64,000 bases of DNA from Ptychomitrium polyphyllum (lineage: Eukaryota): positions 2,356,001 to 2,420,000 of the forward strand of contig OZ316775.1 in assembly GCA_973851085.1 (NCBI GenBank), in the 5' to 3' direction. The stretch's first letter is position 1, and every line of letters starts with the position of its first letter. Of the stretch, positions 12,821 to 25,499 are shown piece by piece. Position numbers and translations under genes: made by a program. Below the pieces are notes generated by a model. That model did no database searches, had not been told where the DNA came from, and worked only from the letters and a program-made list of their open reading frames with translations.

Positions 12821-15800
12821 CTACAACAGCATTGGGTCATATAGATAACGAAAGGTCCAGTCATAGGGCTGCACAGACATCCGGTGACGGATACCTTTCC
12901 CAGAATTTTTCTTCATGCATTCCTCAAAGGCTGCTCGCTTCTCCTGTGGTAGCTTGGCAGCTATCCATTCTATTAGAGACTCTGCGTCGTGGGAGAAGTC
13001 CTGGACGTACCAATGAAGGATCTTTGGTATTGTGATTGATTTCTTCTTGTTCACCCCAACAGCTGCCATCAAATAGTCTCGACACGCTTGTTCTAACTCG
13101 GTTTCGACGTTTAGGACAGTGTACACACGCAACTGCACAGGTGAATTGAGCACATTGGTTATAAAAAAGCACAGTAATGTTTGTTTTAGTTCTGATTAAC
13201 TGAGAAGAAGGTAAAACTACCTTTACTAACATATTGCTTACAAAATTTTGAACTCCGTGCTTATGAACTGTTGAATCTGATGCTTGTAAAAATTTGTACC
13301 GAGTGGCTCACTAAAAGTTTGAGCTTGGTCCTTCAAGGAACACTAACAGAGACAAAAACAACCCAGATAATCCTTATCCTACCTAATAGATGAGACTAAA
13401 GAGCTCGATGTATTCATACCGGCAGTTTCAAAGAATGTAAGGTAGTGGATAAGGACTTACCACTGGACTAGACCGACTTCCATAGCAAAGGGCGAAGCTG
13501 ACAAGTGGCTCTGGGTGGTCAAGGGAGGAACCAGCAGGCTCGTCACTCTTCTTAATTTTGGGAATGGGCAACAGACTTGCCTGGCAGCACGCACCGTCAC
13601 AACAGCAATAACATATCAGATTCATGTAACGGTGGTCTTTAATAGACTGCAAGTTGAAAGTAAGACGGAAGAAAATGGAGATTGCATATTCTCTGCATAC
13701 GATAGCCTGACATAACAATACATAAGCATTACAATTGAAATGCAAGAACGGATTCTTAGTTTGTTTGATAGGCATAGGATTATATACACAAAAAAACATG
13801 TAGAAGAACTCTGAAATTAAGAATGAGGATATGCAGTGGAAGAAGGATGGTCGTTACTAATGCGGGTCGGTATGGATTACATCGCAATATTGAGTGTTCA
13901 ATCAAAAGTGGACTATATTGATGTCCACCCACAATATATGTAACCTGCAAACACAAGATTCAACCATATCACTGAGTTGCAAATGCACGCACTGGATGCC
14001 TGTATGCAGCAGATGCAATGACCAGAATGTAAGAATGTGCACCTTGTTCATTAGGTTTACCCTCTTAGAGTGATTCTTTGGTACTCCATACATCAAGGTC
14101 GCCTGTTAAACATATCAAGTAGGAACCAGTTACAAAAGCGAACTGGGTTGATCAAAAGGACAAGCCGATATAGCAAAGGAAGCCGCATGAACACAGAAAT
14201 GGCTACTAATCTGATACACTTAGAACTTCACCGTGATTAGCGCACAAATCAAACACAAAAGTGTGATTCATATCACTCTTCTGCTCATAGCGAAATATTT
14301 TCCATGATCGGATACGTAACATAAGAAAGAAAGTACAACACCGATAGTGCACATTGATTGATGAAATGCCAGAGGGTGAGAGATCACATGAAGCATAAGT
14401 GTGTTGTAAACGTTGATCCAAAAGGACAAACGCTGCTTATGGTGCATATCTTTCGGCTCCACATGCTTCAAGAGTTCCAAAAGGCCCCTGATTCACCCGA
14501 GTCAGAAGAAGGTTTAGTAATGAAGAGGTTGAATATTCTCCAGCTCTTGAATAGTTGCAATTGCTGATTATGTGATACAGTATAGGAATTTAAAACAAGG
14601 AGAACAGTGAGTACTCTTACTGCAACCGTCGGTAGAGAGTAGTACACGCTTTGATGGCAGACTCTGTGGGAAGCACATTCACTTCCAAACTGTCGGCGTA
14701 AACCCCAACATTCCAAGAAGCATAGTCTTCCTTCACGTTGTATGGATCTACTGCTACACGTTCTCCTTTGTGTTCTGCCATGATATCTGCAACTGAGAGT
14801 TCCTGCATGGAGGTTCCGGTAAATTTTCCAGTTCCAAGAGCTCGGACTAGTTAAAACAATTCACGTGCAGATGATGTTTGGCTTTGAGTACCATTTTCAC
14901 ATCAGTGGGTTCCTGACAAATTTGTCCATGCAATTGAAGATGCTTCCGCCCTCTTCAAGGAAGCATTTGATAGAATTGGTGCAAGTGGCTACTTGGCGGA
15001 GCTTACTTGAGAGGACCGCCGGCCAAATTTTCGCTTTGAAGAGCCGAATCCTTGGGAAGTGGTGCGAGCCAATGGTGCTCCAAGTAACTGTGACTCCGCT
15101 GCACGTTGGTGAAGTGAGGCAACAGTTCGCACAAGCTCTTCAGACAGTTCATTTGGACGATGACTAAAATCACTGATGTCTGAATCCGAAGGAACAGACC
15201 TCATTGGTGATGCACCTGCTTGTGAATTTTCCTGAGTAACAGGATTTATGTCAGTTTACAACATCTTGAATCTCATAAAATATTCGCTCCAAATAATTTC
15301 TAGTTAATGAATAACAGCCAAGATCATCCTCCTTCCAATTCAGCTAACAGTCAAAGTGAGACAAACATCACGGACATACCTGAAGTAATACGTCACCGGC
15401 ACTACACTGGGTGGCGTTGAGAACACCAAATCCACTCTTGACAGACCACAACTTAGATGTTGTTCGACCAATCCATGTCTGCTCCTGAGTTCCCAACTCT
15501 CTGGCTGGGTTCTCAATATTACACAATTTCTCCTCCTGTATTATCACACAGTATAATGTGTTTAGTCATGTCATCACAACCAGGCAAGCATGATGGAAAA
15601 AAGCAGCAATATCAATTCATAATTCAGAACCAAACCTGTCTGTTGTAGATACTATCCTCTTCATGGCCGTTGTTCAGGGTGTGATCCGATTGAATCACAT
15701 CACTTGTAGATTTAAATACTCCATATGAGGGAGGAAGGCCTGCAACTCTCTTTGGACACTCTTTGACGATTGGGGCAGTTTTTGCAGAGTTCAAAGATGT

Positions 15801-18800
15801 ATAGCTATTCAAAAGACGCTGTGTAATGTGTGCCTTCAGCCGCGTGGTGACATGGAACTGCGAAGTAATAAAAAGCACCAAAGAGTATGATGATAATTTA
15901 TAACATATTTGTAAAATGCTTATCAGATACCTCTAACACCTAATCTTTGAAGGTTCAAAATAGTGAAAACTCCAGATAATGTTCAAAGTCCCAAGTAAGA
16001 TCTTCAACCAAGATAAGGAGCGCGTGTGGATGTCATGCAGAGGCATTGCACTTGCAATATAAGAACTGTTTGACCACCGACCATTTGTAGACTAGAAATG
16101 GGTGTTCACTTACCTCAGAAAAACAACGCTGGCAGAAATATTCCAGACAAGTTGTGCAGAACAAAGTTGGGGGAGAGTTTGGGATGTCACGTGTAGCACA
16201 TACTGCACATCTACCCATACAATTCCAGAGTCAATGTGCAAATATAATGCATCCACTTTTATCAATAATCACAATATCACTTGCACAGAATAGTACTCCT
16301 TGACTGTGACCAATTGTTCAACATGCGTCCATAGAGGTATAATGACAATCTACACTGCACAGGTGTGATTCATAAAATGATCTCAGTCAGATCCTATCTT
16401 ATCTGCGGTTTGACAAGCATAATAAGAAATGCTGAGTCGAGCTAGGACAGAGGTTGTCAGCATTGTCTTCTTACAATTTATGTACAATCATGACGTCAAT
16501 AGAAGCAGCTGTACTATACCTGTCAGGAACATCTGAAGGCTGAGTGATCACTGTATCGTTTCCTGCTACAGAAATCCTTAGTTGTCAATGTGGAGCTTGA
16601 ATTACAACAAACTGGTATATAAAAATGTGCAAAGTTGAAATTTTCAATGGAATTCATAAAGTGTAAAATAAAGAAATAATTATGATCCTCGCAAAGTCCC
16701 CATGATCATAATATTTCATTCTTTAGATACTGCGTACCTGATATGTGCCTAGTCCCTAGCTGCTCAACGTTTTGATTGCCCAACTCCATCTACATTAGTC
16801 ATAATAACGCACTTGTTACTCTGAAAAAGGGAACAAATTCGAACATTTCTAAAATAAGGGATCTTAATAGTAAATACATGCAAACGGCAGCACCTCCATG
16901 GAGTTGTATAACAAAGATACTAAGACTTCAACTGAATACTTAGTCCACCAACGTTGGCTATTGGACCCGCTCAGGATTCCAGCTCCATCCGATGAACTAT
17001 ATCATTCTGGATTAACACTTACTGATGTATAACAAGAAAAAATTGAACATCATGTAAGACCATACATGTTTAATTAGCCAATACCCACCTCAGCCTCAAA
17101 ATACTCCGCTTCGATGTCACTGGTATCATCGCTGTCCTCAGTATCCTGGGAAGAAAGGCCTTCAGGCTCTATAATAACTTCCTCCCCTGTTCTAGGATCA
17201 ATAACAGGTGGTTGTTTTACGGTGGCTTTCAATCTTTGACGACCAAGGACTTCCTGGGCAGTTATCTGCATACAAAACCGACTTTGATCACTAAAACGCT
17301 TGATTAATAAACCGAAATAGGCACAGCAGGAAATCCAGGAGGCCAGAAAGGAAGAAAGAATGTTGATTTGACAATAGCATAATTACTGGTCGACTGGAGC
17401 ACTCGCTTACAAAAAATCCTCTATGTTCTTGTATTTGTTCCAAACGACAAGAAGTAGTACCTCCTCAAAGGTGAGATCAAACCATTCGTCCAGCCAACAG
17501 AATGCGTTGCGGTGAGTGAGAAGCACAATCTGGAGATGCAAGGGGTAAGTACGCATTAAGAGACAGCACATGAAACAGGGACATGTGGTCATAATTGAAA
17601 AAGCTACGATGATTAGTGTTTTCCACAGTTGGTGCACAAATTGGTCTTAGACATCAGCCTTAACTAAAAGACTCCTGCTAGACAATAAATCACCGTGAAG
17701 GCCAGCAAAGTTTTGATTACTACAGGTCCTTTTTGGGATCATTTGACCGTTGTTCTTCAATTAGTCTTTAGAGCCAATCTGGGTTTCCCGGTGTACCTGG
17801 CGAATTCCATTGATCATTAGTTTCTCAGCCCGGCTTTGTACACCCCAATAACTGCAAAATGCAGATGAAAACAACTAATTAAAGATCAGTCACTAGTTCA
17901 CATCAATAAGCACCGTCACAATGATTTGGCAACGAGAATTCATACCAACAAATCAGCATCTAAAATATGTTCAGAAAAGTAAAAGATACTCGATTTATAA
18001 CAATATCCGAATCTAGACGTATGAATACAATCGCATCTTCTTCTGTACTGAATTGGGTACAGTACATCTTGAATGTGTCAGCCATACGTAGCTAGTGTCG
18101 AAGTAACAGGGTTCAAAGGGCAGACTATTAATATATTCGTATGTGGCGAGTCTATGAAAGCTTACAAAGTGGGATTTGCTGCTGACCACATCCTTGAAAA
18201 ACCAAGGGGTGGACAGGAGCTGTTACCTACTTGGCTTCCACTTTGACCAATTTGTATGCGCACATCGTTGGTACCGTGTGACCACGCCAGCCCTTCTGCA
18301 AAGGTCCTCTCCTGTTTCAACCCAGTAATCACTATTCATTAAGCAACTCAACTGTGCAAAACCAGTAACATAGGACCTAACTGTATCAAAAGTGATGGAA
18401 CAGCCAGTCTCCTGAAGAGGGGATTCTCTTTAACCACTACACTAGTTACCTGATCATACAAATATAAACTCATCCTTAAACCCCAGTGAACAGACCAACT
18501 TGTAATATCACACGAAAACGTTACTAGACACTGAATAAGCTTACCCAGTTTTCTTGGAAACATAATGCTTCGGATCCAGTTCGGATCGGTAGTCTCGTTT
18601 GGGGATCTGCGTAAGATTTGATTGTTAACCCTTTGTTCGAAGCACATGCCTCTTTCAGGTGTAGCCTACTACTCTTTGTTTACAATGATAAGGAAGATTT
18701 TCTGAAAATACCATGTTTGGACATGCCCCTCAAAACCACTCGTGGTCATATAATTTTGTCACCCGACAACCAGTACACACTTTGAGAATCAAACATCTAC

Positions 18801-20353
18801 CAAAATAACAGCCTATAATAGATTACACAGATGAATATGTGGCCTTGTAACAAAATGTTGACAATTAAACATAATACTACTATGTGGGGCGCACTGACTT
18901 AGCAATATAACATTTTCCAAACTCAATAATAATGAGCGTAAAGGATGTGATTTCTTGAATTACTTTATACAGCAGTTAGGCCATGCACACAATGACTATA
19001 TACATTGTTCACTTCACGCTACCCTAACATTCCAATACTTATGTTGGAAAGGACAAACAGCACTTTCGTATCAAGATTTCAACTCAAGCGATCCACAAAT
19101 CCTGACAACCTTAAAACAGTTAACATAAGGGAGATGCCTTACATCATCAAAAGCAATGTCAATCATGTCAACTTTGCGGATTGCAAGTTCGGCTTCGGTA
19201 AGGTTATGTATGTTCTCAGTTGTGCCGTCGTCGTTGGCGTGCATGCTGAGCATTTCTATTTTCAGCTGATAACAGATTCAAAATCCAACTTCCCATTAAA
19301 TTTTTAAACTCTTCCTAACATATACACAGAAGAGGCAAATAATCAAACTAGCTGCGGTTCAGAAATGCTTCCATTTGAAACTGCTCGACTTACCTTATTG
19401 AAAAACGGGATCGAAATGGTCGTTCGTACGTATGGAAATGCCAGCCATGTCTTTTCATCGATGATCAAAGCATTTGAAGGCACCAACCTCGTCACCTGCC
19501 ACTCGCCACATTCCTTCAAATATCAGTACTTGCTAGTAACACTCCACAGAATACTAGATGACAGATAGTTCCAAACCTTTAAGATCAACATATTACTCGT
19601 GACGCTGCTGCTTTGCAACACGACACACATTATGAATAGAAACAAATAATATCTTTCATGCTGTTGGCACATCTAAGGAAAGAAAAGCTGCAATAGTGTA
19701 ACCGTGACAATGCCTGTGACAAACAATGGCAAGTAGAAAGCAAATGATTACCCAATCAGGCAATCTGTCACCAAGACGATAAAGGCTGTGTGTGTAGATT
19801 CCCTCGCCCCAGATCTCATTTTCATACGGTAACGTTGAGAGAAGCTGCAAACGTTTATCATGATGTTCAGGCTAACAGCTATGAGCTGGTAAAATGAAGT
19901 TAACGCAATCACATCACCAATTCGGGAAAATTGGTGCAGATGAACACGCACCTGCCCTCCTTGACCCTCTGAGGTGTTCAATTCATTAGTCTTGAAGTTG
20001 GCAAAGCGTTGGCCCCTCTTGAATTCTTCCACTGGCTCCCAGCCCAGCCATTCCAAACAGCGTAAGTAAGCACAGCAAAAGACATCCTTGTAAGTTAGAA
20101 GAGAATGCATTAAATCATACAGACACAGGATGAGACATAAACTTAATATGCAGCTCAGACAGGTGCAGAATCTCCTCAGACTAAGCTCTGAAAAATATAA
20201 CCCACAAAGGATAGAAAGAAGACATCCTATAATAGCCTAAACAACCTGTTATAATAGACAGTATTCAATTCGATTGCTTCAAATGAAAAGCTTGGATAAC
20301 CATTACGCACCTGTCAGTGGAAGGACAACTCGCATTTCAGTTATGTGGACCAT
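12821..20353 (-). CDS. Predicted 847-aa, 22-exon protein: START-like phosphatidylinositol transfer (PITP/IP_trans) domain + acidic FFAT-like linker + B-box zinc finger + DUF547
   Basis: Exons 20353-20311, 20031-19952, 19844-19752, 19495-19394, 19265-19143, 18606-18545, 18311-18231, 17851-17797, 17529-17461, 17265-17089, 16789-16738, 16565-16520, 16210-16114, 15857-15636, 15535-15380, 15231-15007, 14802-14621, 14487-14388, 14102-14043, 13944-13858, 13580-13461, 13132-12821 are all GT-AG, phase-consistent and total 2544 nt. PITP motifs: MRVVLPLTVEEF, GIYTH, EKTWLAFPY, TGRGPL, MCAYKLV, FCWLDEWFDLT. DUF547-family motifs: PNELSEELV, LSFWINVYNTL, EPLVSFALCYGSRSSP, PYDWTFRY. Confidence 0.82.
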
Positions 20354-23300
20354 GTTGGCTTTCGGTAGTGATACTCAAGGAAAGAATATTCCACCTAATG
20401 AAAATGCCAAAAGCCGCTTCTCCACTTCGCCCTCATAGGTCACCAGAACTTGAATCTAAGGCCTCACTCAGGCCCTAGAATGATAGATTTAACAAGACTG
20501 AATTTGTTGTGGTGTAGCGTGGAGAGTAAGATCTACTACCGATAAGTAGAAACCCGATCAATTTTAAATGAACTACGTGAGTCTGCATTTAAGGAAAAAA
20601 GTTTTAAGAACTTGTTAGACCCTGAAAGCCACAATGTCAAAATTGTGATATGTCGAGCCTTGAGATGTCTTCCATAACAATAATCACAACACTAAAAATA
20701 TCTGGCTAGTTGCATAGTACGATGCAAAAAATTCATATAAGGAGGTTACATCAAACTATGAATGAAAAATACTAAACAGATGCAAAAGAAATTCTAGCCA
20801 TACTTAGTGTTACACATTGATAACAATGGATACCAGAAAAGCAAACCGACATCATTTGTATTGGCATGAGTGGATCCTCTCAAGATCTTTGAGAATACCA
20901 ACGAAGCAGCAAGATGTTGCGCATCCTCTTGACGAGGTTAGCCTACAACTTGAAGAACCTGTAAGTGGGTTTGATAATGGAAGACTATTTGTGTTGTTCT
21001 CGGAAGAAGGGTTGGACACACCACCTTGAATTTATCATCCTTACGAAACAGCACACCCATGACCTAGTTTTCATTGCAAAATGAACAAGCACCTACACAA
21101 GCCGGCCCTCATTACAAGAGAAGCTAGATCCGGAAGGCTGGAAAAGGATCATCTGAAGATGCGGGAGGGTACCGAATTCAGATACGATAGAACAGAATGT
21201 AATGCATAGCCTTTCACAGCGAAAGGTAAACATGTACTTGACAAACTACGATTCAACCGGTTCAAGCGATTGGTTTAATCCAATAAATATTTATTCATAC
21301 TATGACAAATCCATGAAGAATGTTGCAAACCGAAACTCTACCCGATGAACTGTAACACTAATGAAAACTGCAAAAGATCCACATCACCTTCAGAGCTGGC
21401 AGGACGTTGAACAACACTGCCTACCAATCGAATGCAGATTAAAGGTATTCGAGAAAAAAAGGGAAACCACCTTTCCAAGCACCTACCGTAATCCGATACT
21501 CTATCCCGTCGAAAGCGAACATAAACTATGTATGAATAGTACAGTGTAAACGATGTGAACATTCAGAACTACTGCTATCACTTCCATCATCCATGACAAT
21601 GACGAAACCTCTTCCATGCATAATAATTAGGAAATCCAAACGTTTGCCATCCCTTGTAAAATAATTTTCCGAAAAATAGTGTACAATGCCATACCAGCGT
21701 CACTAATTGTCGAATAGAGTTCCCCTTCCACAATGTAAGATAGTTCACATACTCCAAGTCTCCAACTATGGTGCATGTTCATTTATCCGCTCGTTCCTTT
21801 CTTTACCGCAAACTCAATATCAGAGCTGATCCTTTCAACTTAACCTCAACGCTATGAATCCCCGCCCTGACCCCTCAAACCCAGATTGCCAGGAAGAAAT
21901 GAACTCAAAAGAATGCAAAAAACAGAACATGAACCTTCACTCACGAGATCAACCACGGCAGAAAGGATCTCCTGGTCCTCCAATCCCTTCCACACCAAGC
22001 ACATCGGTCCATCACTGAATCAGAAGCAATCACAGCGGAGAACACATCTGAGACAGGCGCATTCAAAGTTCAGACGCACCTGAAACACCACCAACACGCA
22101 ATCGCAATCTGTGGTAATGAACTCCACCAAACCTCCACCAAAACAAACGCCAAAACTTGCGTCTTTGTCAGACTGCGAAAGTGGACGATGCAGGCTACCG
22201 GTCTACCTGCATGACGGCGACGAGCAACGAGTCCGATAGCGCCATCGCTGCTCGAACGGAGCCGGACACCGCAGAGCGCTTGCCACCTTGACGAGCTTTC
22301 TTCGCCAGCAATCAAGGCCAAGCCTTGGGGTGCTACATGTTCACCTCTACTAGATCTCGCTCTTCAACATCTCCGGCTGTTAGAGGCTCAAATCTACCAA
22401 ATTCCCCACCTTATAATATTGCCAGATCCATCGTTCCTGTTGATGTCTCACCACGGAGATAGCGCCTGGAAGTCCTCGCTGCAGTGAGATATTTCCAAAA
22501 TTTTCCCTGGAATCTACGGACTGCGTACATGATCGTCCACTTTTCTGGATGGTCCTATTCAGGCGTCCTGGTTTTGGACTTGCCTGCGTTTATGAGCGGC
22601 AGTGGGACAACTTTCACGAGAGAAGGCTTGAGTATTGGCAGTTTGGAAGGAGATGTGACTCGCCTGATGATGGAGATTTGTACTTTGGTGCACTGAAATC
22701 ATAGTACATTGTGGGGGATTGAATACAGTTCACTGAATCAGCGTCCAGGGGGTCAGTTTGGAAATAAAGATACAACCAACTGGTTGTCCATCAATGTCAT
22801 TTTATTTTTATAAATTTTATGAATTTTTTTTTAGTCTTTTCTATGGAGTTTGGAACTTCATTTGGTAATTTGTCATTTAGTTTGGCTAGCATGTAATTAG
22901 GTGCCCCGTCTAGCCATTTACTGCACTAAATACATTAGGAAATGGAATGATGTAGTATTTTTCATTTTCCATCCATTGATGATGGTTTTGCATTCATTAT
23001 TCATCCATTTCAACTACTCTATTTTACACCAAAATATTAACTTGATTCATAGCACATGGTGACGTTGTTGTAATTAGATTAATTGAATTAATTTATGTAT
23101 TCAAAGTAGTAATACAATAGCTTGACAAAACAAAGGGAATAAGAACAAATACAAAATTCCTTTGAATAAGAAGCCAAAAGGTAAGGGGAAAAATATAAGA
23201 AGTCTTAATAAACCTCCTTTATATTGAAATCCTTTTTACTAAAGGTTGTTGTACAATAAATTATCCAAAACAGAGGTTGTTATTTATTATTATCTATGTG

Positions 23301-23406
23301 AACTTAAAATCAAATTTCTACTCTAGTTTATACCAAAGTATTACCTAATATATAATAGAGCTGTAAATACATCACTTTTTATATTCTAAATGCACTTAAC
23401 TTCATA

Positions 23407-23659
23407 TGCAATGAAATATATATCTATTTCTTTATCAATTTCATAATTTACATTATATAAAGTTTCTCAAATGTATTCCTTTTTTTTCTTTCTTCTAATT
23501 TTCTAAAACTTTTATCTATAGGATTTTCAAACCTGTATATCTTAAAAATAGGCAACTCTTCTTATAGGTAGGCAATTTTTAATATTCAAAGTTACCACAC
23601 TTGGTATTTAATGTAATAAATCTAGTTTAAAGTAAGAAATCTAGATTAACTTCATGACA
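23407..23659 (-). repeat. 3' LTR of the host chromovirus
   Basis: Aligns by eye with 30330-30562; begins TGTCATGAA on the minus strand immediately after a purine tract. Confidence 0.75.
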
Positions 23660-25499
23660 TTCTCCTTTTTTTTTTTTAAATTTAAAGTCTTTGTTAAATT
23701 GTATGAAAGTAAGCATGAGAGACTTGTAATATTGAATTACAATTTGTTAGATTTTTCAAGAGGTTTCCAAGTGAATTTAGCAAAAAAATAACCTTTCCAT
23801 ACAACTAAATGTTCTTCATATATTTTTCAACCATACTAGCACTTATAGTAGTCTAAAATTGATTCAACCTCAAAGATGTTATCACTTTTTAAATATTCAA
23901 TAGAAACAAACCAATCAATTGTCAAAGGATTCATTGGTTTGATATATGGCTTTAAGAATTTTATATGAAAAACATTGTGAATCTTCAATTTGGAAGGTAA
24001 TTGAAGAGCATAAGCTATCCAACCAATACACTTATAAATTGTAAAGAAGTCCACAAACTAAAATTCAAATTTTGTTAAAATTATAAAAGTAAATTTCAAA
24101 TCCTTAGTGCAAAGAAAAATTAGCTGCCTTTATTATATCCTACATGTCTTCTATGTGCATTGACATATTTGATATCATATGCTTGAGTCTTAATTAAAGC
24201 TTCTTTAATAAATGCTAAATTAAATTGCCATTTATTATAAAAAGCTAATACAGCTAGATTATAAATTTTTGGCAATAAAAATATTGATGGGAGAAGTAAA
24301 AACATATCATATACGATTTCAAACAAAGTCTTTTGTGTAGTAGAATGGATTGCATATTTATAAGCAAGTTCTAGAATAGAAAGATAATCAATCTAATCTT
24401 CTTAGTTGATGCCAACAAATGCACATAAAACCTCATCTAATACTTGTTGTAGTCATTCTATTTAACCACTTGTTTGAAGATGAAAGGCAATACTCATATT
24501 GAATTGTGTACCAACTATTTGAAAGAGAAATTGCCAAATATTGCTTATAAAACGAACGTCTCAATCACTTATGACACTACGTGGCAATCTATGGTAACAA
24601 TATATTTCTTCATAAAATAATGTAGCTATACCAAAGGCATCTATTTCAAAATGAGTTGGAATAGAACATGCTTCTTTACTAAGACAATTCACAATAATAG
24701 AGATTGCATCAAAATGACCTTCATTTTAAGACAAATCCATGATAAATCAAGACTAATAGATTTCCAAGTTTTGTTAAGAATGGAAAATGGTTGTAATAGC
24801 CCTAAGGATTTTTTTGTTTTATTTTATTATACTGACAAGTTAAGCAAGATTTAATATAAAAAATTATATCATTCAGCATATTTGGCCAAAAATAACTACG
24901 TTTTAAAAATGTATAACACCCCATAATACCAAAATGTCTGCTTGATGGAGATGAATTATGTTCAAAAAGGAATAACATGCAAAAGTTATCATTCTTTGAA
25001 ATATACACACGGTCTTTAAAAAATAATATACTATTGTCTAAAATATAGTTGGAGTCACAAAACAATGTTGAATTGGATTTCATTAATGTTATATACTTAA
25101 TTCCAAAATAAATATTGGTTGAAAAAAAGCTTTAATATCTAGCAAAAAAATAATTGTAATAAAATTCAAAGTATTGACATGAATACAACAGCTCAAAGCA
25201 TCAACCATCACATTCTTCCATCTTTTTTAATATTGCAAATCATAATGACATTGTGCAAGAAATCCCTATTATTTTGCTTATTGAGTAGACAAGTGTAGTT
25301 GTTAATCAAAAAATTTAAAATTTAAATCAACAGTAAAAATAACAAAATGTTATTCATCCAAATAATATTGCCAAGTCTTCAAAGTATGAACAATAGCATA
25401 TAACTCTAATTCATGAACTCAATAATTTTTTTCAGCATTTTTAAATTTTTTAGATTCATAAGCTACAAAATTATCTTCTTCTAATAAAACTGCACCAAT

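Noticed and set aside
16930..17006. Extra exon in the PITP-DUF547 gene
   Set aside because: Candidate acceptors give stops in the required phase, and the model is continuous without it; it could at most be a truncating alternative exon
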